Shown here piece by piece: positions 11,725 through 24,017 of a DNA stretch of 64,000 nucleotides. Position 1 is the first letter of the stretch, and the number at the start of each line of letters is the position of its first letter. The notes beneath the pieces were generated by a model. The model did not search any database, was not told the origin of the DNA, and saw nothing but the letters and a program-made list of their open reading frames with translations. This stretch comes from Catajapyx aquilonaris (lineage: Eukaryota), in NCBI GenBank assembly GCA_000934665.2, contig JYFJ02000635.1:1-64000 (forward strand), read 5' to 3'. The translations under genes were made by a program, and so were the position numbers.

Positions 11725-12299
11725 GGGCCATTTCACGCGAAACGGGACATTTTGGTGAAAAGTGAAGTTTTAAACTTGCTTTTTAAACTATCATGTTAAC
11801 CAAAATTTTGGTGTTTCTGTGGAATGACCCTCATGAAGAATAGATGAATTCTTTACTTCGTACCCATTCTCTTTTTTATGCAATGACAACAATGTCGTCG
11901 GGTCAGTTAAATATGCTTTGTCCCTTTCGTTACCTAGATTAATAATCACTTTACCAATCACATGCAACAGCTTAATTGTGGAACGAACCTATTTTGTTGA
12001 TATGATAGTCTTCTAAAACATACTGGAAAATTTATTTCTGAAATGTTCGAGAGAACAAGAGTTTTGCTATTATGTGTGCTGCAATTCGTATGCAGATCCA
12101 TTTCCTGTCCTGTCCGTTACCCGACTTAATGCAATTAAATCACCATGTTAAAACATAAATTATCAGCATCTGATGTATTTTGGTATTTTGCTGTTGCAAT
12201 GTTACATAACATTCAAAAACACTTTGATACCTACACAATTTATATTTGAAAAAAGCAAAATCCATTCATTTTGTCCCATCCGTTACCATGGAATGACCC
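11725..12299. mobile_element. Non-autonomous DNA transposon with GGG...CCC termini and 4-bp TSD AGTA (Sola2-like)
   Basis: AGTA|GGGCCATTTCACGCGAAACGGGACA ... TGTCCCATCCGTTACCATGGAATGACCC|AGTA. Confidence 0.65.
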
Positions 12300-13354
12300 A
12301 GTAGCGAACTTCTTGCAAGTTTCTAATGCTACTCTTTCGCATTTTATATGACCCCCCAAAAAATTGCTAAATTTTAAATATACCGTACTGTATACAACCT
12401 TGAGTTATGACCGTTGCAGTATACCACGGCAGTTTGAGGTTCATTGAATCATTCGGAATTTATACCCATTCAAACCCGGCAATTTGCGTCCTGAAATGCG
12501 TCAGGAAATCAAGAAGCGCATAATTACAAGCAATCGCTTGCGGAATAACAGTGGCGCATGTTATCAATCAACGTCTGATGGCTTCTTTAGACGCGGCGTG
12601 ATTTATTTCGGCAGGGGCATAATGATATAATGGTGAAACAAATGACTACCATGTGTTGGGACCCTCCTCCTGGCGGAGAAGGAACAAATCACTCGAAAGT
12701 GGTGTCCTGTAATTTTCCTGTCCGATTCAGTGGTGCTCCGTCTGATTAAAATTCGTAGGGGGGACTCTTCGAGTATTCTCATACCTGAAAACACCTTTGC
12801 CGCTGCTCCATGCATACCTATACCTACCAGTCAGCGAGAGTTGCCTGCTTCTACGAGTTCAAACGAAAGGTTAAGCAGCGAGTTTTTTTGGCGCGAACGT
12901 CGCTCTTACATAATACTTTTTTTTTTGTTTCTTTCCACTCGCAGATTTGGATCCTACTGGGCGAGAAATTCCTTGACACTAACTTGTCCTCATTTTGGAA
13001 ATTTCAGGCTCGTTATATTCATGTTTTAGTATGGTTGTTTGGATATTATTTGGTGTACAGGATGCGTCATAATAATTATTTCTGGTGTGAACCTGTGGGC
13101 AGTATATCACTTTGTGCAAATCTCTGAAACATCATATTCAGAACTGGCTTTCTCTGTCTGTCTGGGATGACGTCATGTGAGTGCGGCAGTAGTCCGGGTA
13201 TAGTGATTGCATAAGTCCGGGGTTTGGGTTGGGTTGTGTCATACAGGGTTTGATTCAGGTTGGTGGAAAGTGGCCGAGGGCGGCCCGGGGGCCAGTTGGA
13301 TGTGCGTTCCGTCAGATCGGATTTTTCATCGGGCCCCCATGGTGTGGAGTGTGG

Positions 13355-13675
13355 TGGCCGAGATCTCGGCTTGGTGAGTGAAAGGTCCTAGGTTCGATCC
13401 CCGCCTGGGATTTCCCTTTCACCTGCGTCAGGTGGTCTCTGACCCGCTCCTTGGAGGTGTATGGCAACCTAACCTCCTGGGGAACAGACATCTGCACCCA
13501 TGTTCCCTCCCCAAAAATCCCTATCCCTACCCTGTCTCCTTGTTTCCTTGCACCCGTGAGAGAATAAAAGTTATACCGGTATACACTGGAAAACTGATGG
13601 TGGTGTGCCACCCCCCCCCCCCNCCATATAACGGCTTATAGTTGTATCACGGGGTAAAAAAAATAAAAAAATAAA
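13355..13675 (+). mobile_element. tRNA-derived SINE, copy A
   Basis: B-box GGTTCGATCC at 13391-13400; body shared with 19830..20155; C-run, GGGGTA and A-rich tail; 16-bp flanking direct repeat ATGGTGTGG(A)GTGTGG-like at 13339-13354 and 13676-13691 with one mismatch. Confidence 0.8.
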
Positions 13676-15739
13676 ATGGTGTGGAATGTGGCGCGGGCTG
13701 AATTTTGCCTTTATTTATTACACATTTAAGTCTCAAATATATTCCTGTACACTGTGTACAGGCTGCTGCAGAAGGCTCAGATTCGTCATATGGCACAACG
13801 AGCAATCAAAAATATGACAGGAGGTACAGCATAATATGCATGGTTGAGCATCATTAACAGGCAGAGGTGATGCCCCTTTCTTGCAAAGTGAAGGATTCCA
13901 ACTGGCAAGTTTCGCACATAATTTGGGCTTGAAGTCGGTTTTGGCGAGGGAAAGACCTCATTTTCCCGGCAACAGTGACATCAACCGTGATTCTATTAAC
14001 CTACTCGCCTTGGAACTAGGATCCTACGTGCTGTGTATGTGAGGTCCGAGTGTTGAGCACTTTTCTGACCACACTCGTTATTCCAAACTAGTCGGTGGGA
14101 ACCGCAGTCTGTTTACGACCTCGTAGAATGACTTAATTGACTGAAATCGACAGGTGTGTAGAATTTTGACCAAAAAATAGTGTGCTGTCATGTGGGTGCA
14201 AGTTTTTGCGGTCTCTCAATGAACTGTGATTCTTTTCCTTCCGTCAGAAATATATATGCAAGGTCGTTTCGGTTGGCAAACAGCCTGTCATAAAAGTAAA
14301 TTGCGGGGATTAGTGGTGGGTAGAAAAAAGTGGATCAAAACATTCCATTTTCGCTATTACTGGAAGCTGCCTTGGCAAATAATTGGCGGATTCTGTGCAA
14401 AAACTCATTTGGCATCAGTTGCCAGCGTGATAATTTAATGGGTGGCTGGTTTTAATTTGAGGTGTCTGCAACATATTTGCTCTATTAGGGCAGTTGATTA
14501 ATGATAACGTCATCGCCGTTCTAGATTCGCGATTTTTTAAAAGAACTTTGTCGGGGAATAATTTTTGTTGTCCCCACCAATTATTAACTGCGCTTGAATA
14601 AATATTGTAAACGATAATGCCTTTTCATTAGTTAATTTAGTATGATAATATGACAATAATTGCGTATAATAGATATTTAGACAGCTATATGCAACGTGAG
14701 CTTACTGTCAGTGGAACAATAATACAAGCTGTCACATTACTATGATTGGGTTATACAGTATGCATTCTCCATATTTTGCATGTTAAGAGTTATAGCATAC
14801 TGCTGGATATCGTCAAAATCACACAGGAAATAATATAACGGAAGAGTCCTGGCAGAGCAATGAATTTTCGCGTAAAATATTATTTACTGTAGTTCAGTAA
14901 CAACTTCCCGCACAATTGGAAAATGCCTTGCAATAGTTAGTAGTTGCAGGCAAGAGATGCTTCACAGGGTTGGAGTTTTGCTGGTATTAAAATTTGCACT
15001 CCAAATCTGTCGCGTTTCAAGTTCAAGTTAAAATTAGACAGAAACAGGCCTTTTCGTACGCAATAATATTGACAAACAAGTATCACTAAAGTTAGCTTCG
15101 TTACATACACAAAATGTTATGCATCGTGCGCAATCTTGATGATGCCCTTACAAGAACCGGCGATTTAAATCCTAAGTCACGTAATAGTTTGACAGGCGAA
15201 AGCCTATTCACAAGGCTGATTTGAATTTATATAGCTCTCTCTCTCTCTCTCTCATTTTGCCTTGATGTTTGCGAAGGCAGGTGATAATGCTAAGGAATCT
15301 TCGATATTTATCACGGTCAGATGGCAAAAGGTATACCTTGCCAAAACGTTTCTGCAATACAAATTGCTTAGCTGCATCGACGAATCAACAAACGTCCTAA
15401 TCAAGATGCACATCCCCCACAGTTGCGCTGTTATTGAATCCGGTTACTAATATATCGATATCTATAGATCACAAGGACGGGAAATATATATAGCAACTAT
15501 TCTTTTGTGCGAATGACAGCCTCAGCGCAATAATATGTTAACTATTGTTTTATGCCAATAAATTATTTATTTGTTGCAGAACAGCATTTTGGTCAAAAAA
15601 AAGGGCATTGAGAATGTAGCCCTTTTTCTGGTAGAGAAATTACGATGCCGTAGATGCTCTCCGATTGTTAAAAATGGATCAAAATTGTGCAACGTACTCA
15701 CCGGGGTTTTGCTGAGAGGAGTTATTGTTGTTATTGTTA

Positions 15740-16100
15740 GGGTGTGCTCTGAGGGCAGAGAAGGCAGCCAGTAGGTTCCACCAAAAGCATCCGAGGTCCA
15801 TCCCGTGCATCTGTCCCCCACCTGAGACGACACTGGTGGCCACAGTTCCCACCTGCTCAGCAGCACTAGACTCCATTCATTCAGGAAGCTGCACCAACTG
15901 GAGGAGTTCAGGGCCAATGACCAACATGGACCAAAGGACCGAAGGTGACCACGGCACCAGCAGCACCATCCCCCGAAAGGCTCTGGGCAACGACTAGTCT
16001 CTGGCTGGGTCCGCACAAGCTTTTTTAGTAGGCCAAATGCTTTTCCCTTCTTCCTTGGGCTCATCCTTGGCCTCAACTGACTCCTCAACAGACTTAACAC
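15740..16100 (+). mobile_element. Possible decayed 3' end of a LINE ORF2
   Basis: Frameshifted pieces CICPP.ETT..TVPHLL...RL..FR..H.L...ALGND...AFL resemble the C-terminal Zn-knuckle region of non-LTR ORF2; weak similarity. Confidence 0.3.
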
Positions 16101-16619
16101 CTACCTAAGTTCCGGTTCTTCCACGGCACGGGGATGCATGCAGCATGCGGTTAGGCCAGTGACAAAGGGGTAGGGTGCAAGTCACGAACTCGATATTGTG
16201 ACTAGTGTAATTAGCTGCACTTTGATGAGCTCATCATTGTTGAGGCGGGGATTGTTTCGACTCATCGATCAACTGTTCCATGGGAGCTGCCTCAGGGGAA
16301 ATTTTATTTCATAGTGGGCGGTGGAACAATAAGCTTATAGTTTTCAGTTTTTAAATAGATACACTCGAGAGTATAGGCCTACAGTAAGATGATAAGACCA
16401 GGGTTCAGTGTGAAATTGGTGATGATTCTGCTCCAAAGCTATTGTACTGCTGTAGAGGACATCAAGATTATGACATCCGCATAGCTGAGACATCGTACAC
16501 TTTACGGTGAATTCGTTGGAGCTCATACACTGGGCTCGTGTCGTAACTACCTTATTTTGTAAGAATATTGCAGAAATACGTGCTTTGAGGACGACGTTGA
16601 ATATTGGCAATTATTTCAT

Positions 16620-16916
16620 ATAGCTGCGGCACTCGGCGTTGCCCGGGAAGAAAGGAATGAAGGGAAAACACCTCCCAGTACCCCCGTCAACTGTCTGTCT
16701 TTCTGTGTGTCAGGCCACCAATGCCATCTGTGGTCCTGCTACTCCAACACCTTCAACCTCTCCCGCCTGTATAACGGCAACCTTCATTTGCCTGCCATCT
16801 GCAGTCAACCCCCAACACCTCCATCCTCTCCCGGCCTGGGGGTGGAGCACAGATGGTAGGCAAATGACGGTTGGCAGGCGGACAGACAGACTCACAAACG
16901 GCTTTATTTATATAGA
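16620..16916 (-). mobile_element. Non-autonomous Helitron
   Basis: Minus strand starts A|TCTATATAAATAAA followed by (GTCT)n, and ends with hairpin CCCGGGCAACGCCGAG then GCTAT (degenerate CTRR). Confidence 0.75.
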
Positions 16917-19829
16917 TTTGGCCCGATAGGTAGCAGTGAATATGTTGCCTTTGTCTTTTAAAGGATAATATTATCACCAGCGAGGCATACAATCACATAA
17001 TAAAGTTATCAAAAACAGAACATGTGGAATCAGAGAGCAGGCCTATGTACTATCTGTCAAAAATAATTCTGGCCAATAGTGCAGAGATTATTTGTTTAGG
17101 ATCAAGATACGTTTGACCGTAATTTTTTGTGGAGCAGGAGATACATTTAGCAAAAATATATAATTCATTTCTTTAGGTTACTCGTTTATGGGGGGTTCGG
17201 TCGAGCGTGATAGTCATAGGGTTGCTTAATTTAAATATTCAAAAGTTAATATTTATGGAGGAAATGAGAATCTGAAAGTTGGGAAAGGGGGCGGGGGTAC
17301 AACGTGCGGTGTACTTTTTGAAGGAGGGGAACTAACCCAGGGTGACTGTGGGTGACATGGAGGTATTAATATGCGAGGGGTAGTTGGGTCAAAAACTCCA
17401 AAAATCAGCATGACATAATGAACGGCCCATAGGACACGATTCGTTGACTAATATGCGTAAGTACGTCTAATAACCAATCATCTTCGGGCCATCAATTTTT
17501 CTTGACCTGAAATAATCTCACTGGTGAATAGATTTCCCTTATCAAGCGCATCCTTTGCAGTTTGTAGGTTATGTTTTTAAAATGGATCAACAATGAATGT
17601 GCAATTATTTGAATATTCGATTACATACACTCTACACGTTCGCTGTATGACGGCAGACCGATTCAGCCTACCCTTTTGTGATGTAGGTTACTACGGTACG
17701 GTACTACTCAAGCATGTAATAGTGGAGTGAATAACCATTAACGTGAAGGTGGTCTCCCCAGATGGCAGTACATGGTGTACTAGTATATCCTGTATACATT
17801 GTCTACATTAGATGGCGCTGCATATTGTTTCTCCATCATGACATATAGCGTCATGGTCTGTGCACAAGCACTTCTTTTTTCCCAAGCTCACTTTAGAATC
17901 CTATTTAGAATCCTATTTAGCATGTGAATTTGAGCTTCTGAATTTCACTTGGGCCGAGTGTACAGACATCATTCGGTGTAAAGCAGTTGTCTGCCATTTT
18001 TCTTCCGGCATGACAATGGCGTAGTAAACGTTTAATCTGGCAATAATTTTTCAGGAATGTCTTAACACCGTTCCAACAGGTATTTATGACCAAGTTACAC
18101 CCTTTTTTGGCCGTATTTAATCACTTGGCTGCAACTGCTGCGGCAACTACCATTAAATACTTTACTGACACTTGCGCAGGTAAGCTTCCGTCTTGCAGCA
18201 AAAGCACACGTTATCTATCAACCTTGGAGCTCGTTTTCGCAGCAAGTGCGAGGAAAAGTCAGCTATGAGAGTAATTAATAGATTTTCGTGTGACGTAACT
18301 AGGTGGCGTGTTAATGATCAGTGCAACAGAGCTGACCTTTCTTGACCTGTCATGATTAAGACATTCGTTCGAAAGAGATGCGAACTCAGCTAAGCATTTG
18401 TTGATGGGGATGTAGAGTGTATTGTTTAAAAGTTATGTAAATTGCATACTTACTTGCTTTGTTTTTCGTGTAGAAAATGTGTAATCGGTGATCGTTGCAT
18501 ATGCAGCATGGTTAAGTGGTGTAATCTTGTCATCACCCACGCCAAATTAGTTCCTTCCTGATTATTACAACGTACGATTAAAAAAATAATTTATTCACTA
18601 TTGTACCGAGCATTATCGTAGATGTTTAATTAGCGCAGTACATCAGCGTTATGTAATTATTCCCGGTTATACCGTACAATTTGGATGGCTTGTGGCCAAT
18701 CAGATATTCCTTAACAAAGAAGTCGAGTCACGGCATTTCCTCCCAAAAACCACATTGCATACTGAACCTTAGGTTAATTGCGCCTTCCTGGAAATGTGAG
18801 TGTGTTGGTAGGGGGCGAATATAGCAAAAAAATAAATAGCAACATGTAAAAAAAAAAAGTTATTACAACCCGGATGAAAGGGTGTTATTTTGCGTATCCT
18901 GTGCTTCGAATTTTTTTTATTATTTAAATAAGATATGCGTTGTACATCAAATTACCGGGTCCCATTAAAATTCCATTCTTCTCTATAGTGCCCGATCAGT
19001 TGATATATCCGCTTAAATTACGCACGATGTGCATGAACCTACCACGTGCATTTTTCAAGAATTACAGTGCAGAGTAAATGTAGCAAATACAAATTATGCA
19101 GATGCAGCTTGTAGTCATTACTTCAATGAGTAATTGAATGCACGATGGGAAAGAAAGCAAAATCCTGCCCGTACGAGCAATTATAGAGCGACTTCATATT
19201 CCAACTGGCACTGAATGACACCAAAATCGCGTGCCAAATTTTTTCCGGCCGTGGTTTTTTTTTGCGTATATTCCAAAATGAGACATACGTACAGTATAAT
19301 TTCCTCGGTTTCATTAAGATGAGATGCATCCTCATATCGTGCCCAAGGTCTTTTCATTGTGAACTTAATATGGCGCTGGCTGGTTTTACTTTTGCGTGGC
19401 GGCTCATGTAACACGAAAAGCGTCGGAATAAATCTCATCGAACCAGACACATAGCTCTTTTATTTGTGCATATTATATGCTGTCTTACATAACGCGCTTT
19501 TACATTGTAAATATATACCGTCGATTGTAATGACACTTGTAGCACAAAAACCCGTCAACTCGTGGAACTAAAAAATACTGTCCTGTAGATATCCACTGAA
19601 AGATCATGCAGTGTGACACTTGACAATTTATTTAAAACCACTTTCAATATCACATGCAGCTTGTTTATGCCATTTTTATGTCCATAGTTAAGTACGACGA
19701 AGGCTTATGACACTGGCTATATTTATGACTGACTCTCAGCACTGCAAAAATAAAATTTACTTCCAGAATATGGGGCTGGCTTCTCCGGATGCCTACATAT
19801 GTTATTAACATAATATGTGCTGGGAATCG

Positions 19830-20155
19830 GGGAGGTGGGATGGCTGATAGTAACGTCTCGGCTTGCTGAGTGAAAGGTCCCAGATTCGATCCCCGCCTGG
19901 GAGTTCCCTTTCACCTGCGTCGGGAGGGTCTCTGACCTGCACCTTGGAGGTGTCTGGCAACCTAACCTCCTGGGGAACAGCACATGATGCCTTTTCAGAC
20001 ATTGCACTTACACCCATGTTCCCTCCCCAAAAATCCCTATCCTTACCCAATTTCCTTCATTCTCGGCACCGGAGTTAGAAGAAAAATGGAAAATATGGAA
20101 ATATGGTGGTAGTCCACCCCCCCCCCCCCCAACATTGACACTGTCTCATGGGGTA
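19830..20155 (+). mobile_element. tRNA-derived SINE, copy B
   Basis: Shares TCTCGGCTTG.TGAGTGAAAGGTCC..G.TTCGATCCCCGCCTGGGA.TTCCCTTTCACCTGCGTC...GGCAACCTAACCTCCTGGGGAACAG...CCCTCCCCAAAAATCCCTATCC with copy A. Confidence 0.8.
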
Positions 20156-23100
20156 CAGCCTCTTTAAAAAATTAACATATATGGGCATCCGGATAAGCGT
20201 CAACTTTACTGCGGTTAACGGAATCGTGCTACGTGCTACACCGCGTATTGTTTCCCCGTAACCGCCATTGGTGTTTTGTGTATTAGTGAGTCACACAGAG
20301 GGCGTAGCTACTGCACAGATTAATAAGTCCGATTTTATTTACACTTCATGTTCATTTCCTCTATAGCATGCATCTTTCCCTGTCGTTACCCTGCCAAATC
20401 CCCAGTTTAATTGCCGCTGCATGCCAATAGTAATTGAACTATTGCTGATACATATCCCATTTATTACTCAGCCAGCGTCACTGTTACAATGAGTCTATAT
20501 TTACACCGTAGACCTGGAGGTCTCGTAAAATGATAAATGTGAAGTAAAAAGACACTATCCCGTAGTAAGACAAAGGAGGATGGTGTGGGGTAGCTCCGCG
20601 CCATTTAGACCATTATAGAGTAGTTATGAGCATGCCGAAGTGCGTCATCTCCCAAACTTTATTCTGGCCAGATAAGTTCCAATGCCGCTGACGACAGACG
20701 ATTGTTAGCCACCTCTTGCCATGAAAGAAGAATTCCAGAATCGGACAAAAAATATGTGTAAATCAGGAAGATAGCCGGAATAATTTTGATGAAGCTAAGA
20801 ATGGAAGGGGCGATTGTTCTTGCAATTACGCGAAGAGTTCTGCAACTCTCAGTTGTGGCCATAGCCGCCTGCGAAAGACACTTACGCGCTGGATATTATC
20901 AAAGAGGATTCCAACACACGCAGGGGATGCTTAAGCAATGACCGACCGTGAATTCAGAACACGTTGTTGACTCTCTATTAGCTGCCAAAAACCTAGAACA
21001 ACAATGATAACGCATTATGTTGGGATTTAACGATATATAACTCATTTTTTGCTCCTAAATTTAGATATTAAAATACAAGCAGTGACATGGTTTTGGAGTT
21101 TCAAAAACCGTTAACGTGAAAATTCATTATAAGCGTCAGGCAATAAAATTCAAGATGTCATGGTCTGCATTATTAGGATTTACTGCGCATGGTTGTAAAA
21201 GGCTCTTTTGCAATCAGCATATGGCCACAGCACTGGCATGCTTCTAACAATGATTAGTCTAGTGAACAATGGTCATCAAAGTGACTAGAAGGCTAGTTAC
21301 TTTTGGTTGAATAAGGCACGTATGATGTAAGCTTATATTTCTTCTATTGCTATTCTGTACTGGACTGTCACAATACCATCTATATCGTTTTCACTCGTGT
21401 TATTATACCATTTTCCGAGTACCATATTCTTGCGCAATTCCCAAGCGTTTCCCCGATTCGAGTTTTCCTACTTCCAAATGACACCTGTGGGGCTGTTCCT
21501 GACGTCACTAATTTGTAGTACGTCAAATAAGGCATACACACCCACAGGTAATCATCTAATTGGCGCGTTAGATTGCGAGTTCAAAGACCTTATAGTTCGA
21601 TTCAGACTAGATCAACTTTCACTTGGGTTTCATGTAGGATGAAATGGGCTGCACCTATGCATGATAGCAACATATTCTATTAATAGGCATATCGTGACCA
21701 GGACAAAACTGGTTGAAAGCTACAGGTGCAATTATTATTGCTGATGTCCTTCAGCACTGACCTCCTGTTTGCCAATATTAATATAGGGGAAGGTGGGGGT
21801 AATAACGACCAGTAGTTATAATCTCGACCCATTTAATATCTTTAAGATGTTAAATAGTGATTCTGATTTGCTCCTTGTGTATTGCGATCACGCTAATATG
21901 CAGCTAATACGTGATAAGGAAAGACGTAGCCTGGAGGGGGGAAAAATGGAATTTTTGCAATGTCCATCTTATTTTGTGCCTCGCTGAAATTGACCATAAA
22001 TCCACACCATGGCAAAATTTTCTAGTATCTTCGTTATTTTATGACTACTGAGCTTGACGTCACAGCCAAATTCTCCTACCACGTCACGCTACATCACGCT
22101 GGCGTCAACTCCCTCCTTGTCCCCACAAACGTGACGTATTTTGTGGATGAGCCACATACAAAGAATAACACTCAATACAGAAGTTTCAGCATTTTTTGAC
22201 ATGCCACATTGCACTACAGACACATTTATTCAATCAATTATCATGCGATAATGCAGATATTCGTCATATTTGTTTCCAGGTGACATAGTTTCAATATTTG
22301 GTGACGAAATTCTGTAATTGAAGACCTATAGTAAAAAAAGGTAGTAAGCGCCAAAAATGCGAAAATGGAGATGTGCAGTAAAAACAGAAGTAAATGCCAA
22401 GGGCAATATTGTAAAATAGGCATCAAGTGCCAGAAGCAACCCGAAGTAGTTTTTCTTGCAAACATTATTTTCTCCATTCTCCCAAAATGGCACTTACTAC
22501 CTTTTTTACTATAGGTCTTCAATTTTTGCCCGGAGAATTGTTTTCGAGTTATGACGCCCAACTAACCACATTTTAAAGAAATATTATGGACTTTATTATC
22601 GGAATATTGGGAAATAAAATTTGTCAAATATATTATATTCTGGATTCCTGATTATGATCTTATTTTCATACCCAGTCAATACTAGGTCAACTAAAATGGG
22701 GGTGGGGGTGGGGGGAGGGGCAACATTTCCCCACCTTTCCCTATGCTGCTGTGCAACAAACAATTTTGCCAACACATTTCACCTGGTTCTGCCATCAATA
22801 GATTCACCAATGGGAGGTATACCGGATAAGGGTGGGCTGACTATTTTTGATTTAGTATCAACATAGCAGCAAACAGTCGCATCTCTTTTTTTCTCAGTCT
22901 TCTCAAGATTTGATGAAGGAATGGTGCATATAGCAGCAGGCATGACCAGAGGAGAGGTGCTATGGTCCGATTATGGCTATCGTGAGTCACGTTTGTTCCC
23001 ACATCCCACTGCAAAATAATGCCGCATTATCCTTGGTGCCTATCTAACATCGCTCCCGGTTCTGCGAAACATAATTGCAGCGTCATGATTGGACAAATAG

Positions 23101-23946
23101 TGTTCTTTGAAAAATGTATACATTGCCTCAAGGGCCGTGAATAAATTTACGCATGTACGTATACCGTATACATTTCTATGTACTTTCTCGAACCGCAAAC
23201 TTTCCATTCGAGACTCATGCATACGGTTTGTACCACGAGCGGTGTATTTATATTCACAATATTAAAATAAGAACATCGCATGAATAGTACACCATCCTAT
23301 GTAAATATTATTTTGATACCAGTCAATCCCAAGTGTGGATCTGCAATAATGTAACAGCCATGAGTAATCCTGATGAGGAGTTCAAATTTCTATTCATGAG
23401 TTTCGTGCCCCGAGTTACGATCGGTACCGGTATGCTAAAAACCTGAGTCACCCGCAAAAAAATAGGTTACAATTTTCCTTCAAATAATCTTGACCTGACT
23501 CAATATGCTATTGTCACATGTGAATAACAGTTATGTCAGCTCAGTGTGTGAAGCCTGCAATATATTTTCTTGAAAACTCAAAACCACACGGAGCACGTTA
23601 GAACAACCAGATCTTGTCAGGCATACCAAAGATGGAACGAACAGGGCGTGAATATGAATAACGTTATTCCCTTCCACCCCCTAGTCCTCCCCAAGGTAGG
23701 TGCAGATGCAATACAAAAAAGCACGCCTCATGCACTTTCCTCCTCCTTTTGGCCAAGCAGCCTCTGATTTACAGTAGTAAGTACAGGGGAGGAAGGCAGG
23801 GGAGAGGCGGCCGAATAAGGGTGAGGAGGGTGCAGACTGTAGTGCCTTTCAACCAGCGCTGGTGAGCAGTACCATCCAGTCAGGCAGCGATGCTGGAGGG
23901 AGTCGGACGTTGTATGGTAGTGATGGTGAGGTGACACGGAGTGATC

Positions 23947-24017
23947 ATGACTGTTTCGTACACTTTCGACGTGGCCAATGGGAGCAGTTTTGGATGCTTC
24001 TGGAAGATACTCAAGAG
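23947..24017 (+). CDS. Best: Bestrophin coding exon 1 ([24 protein letters not shown])
   Basis: Typical bestrophin N-terminus; donor AG|GTACTG in phase 2 matches the acceptor at 31893. Confidence 0.9.
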
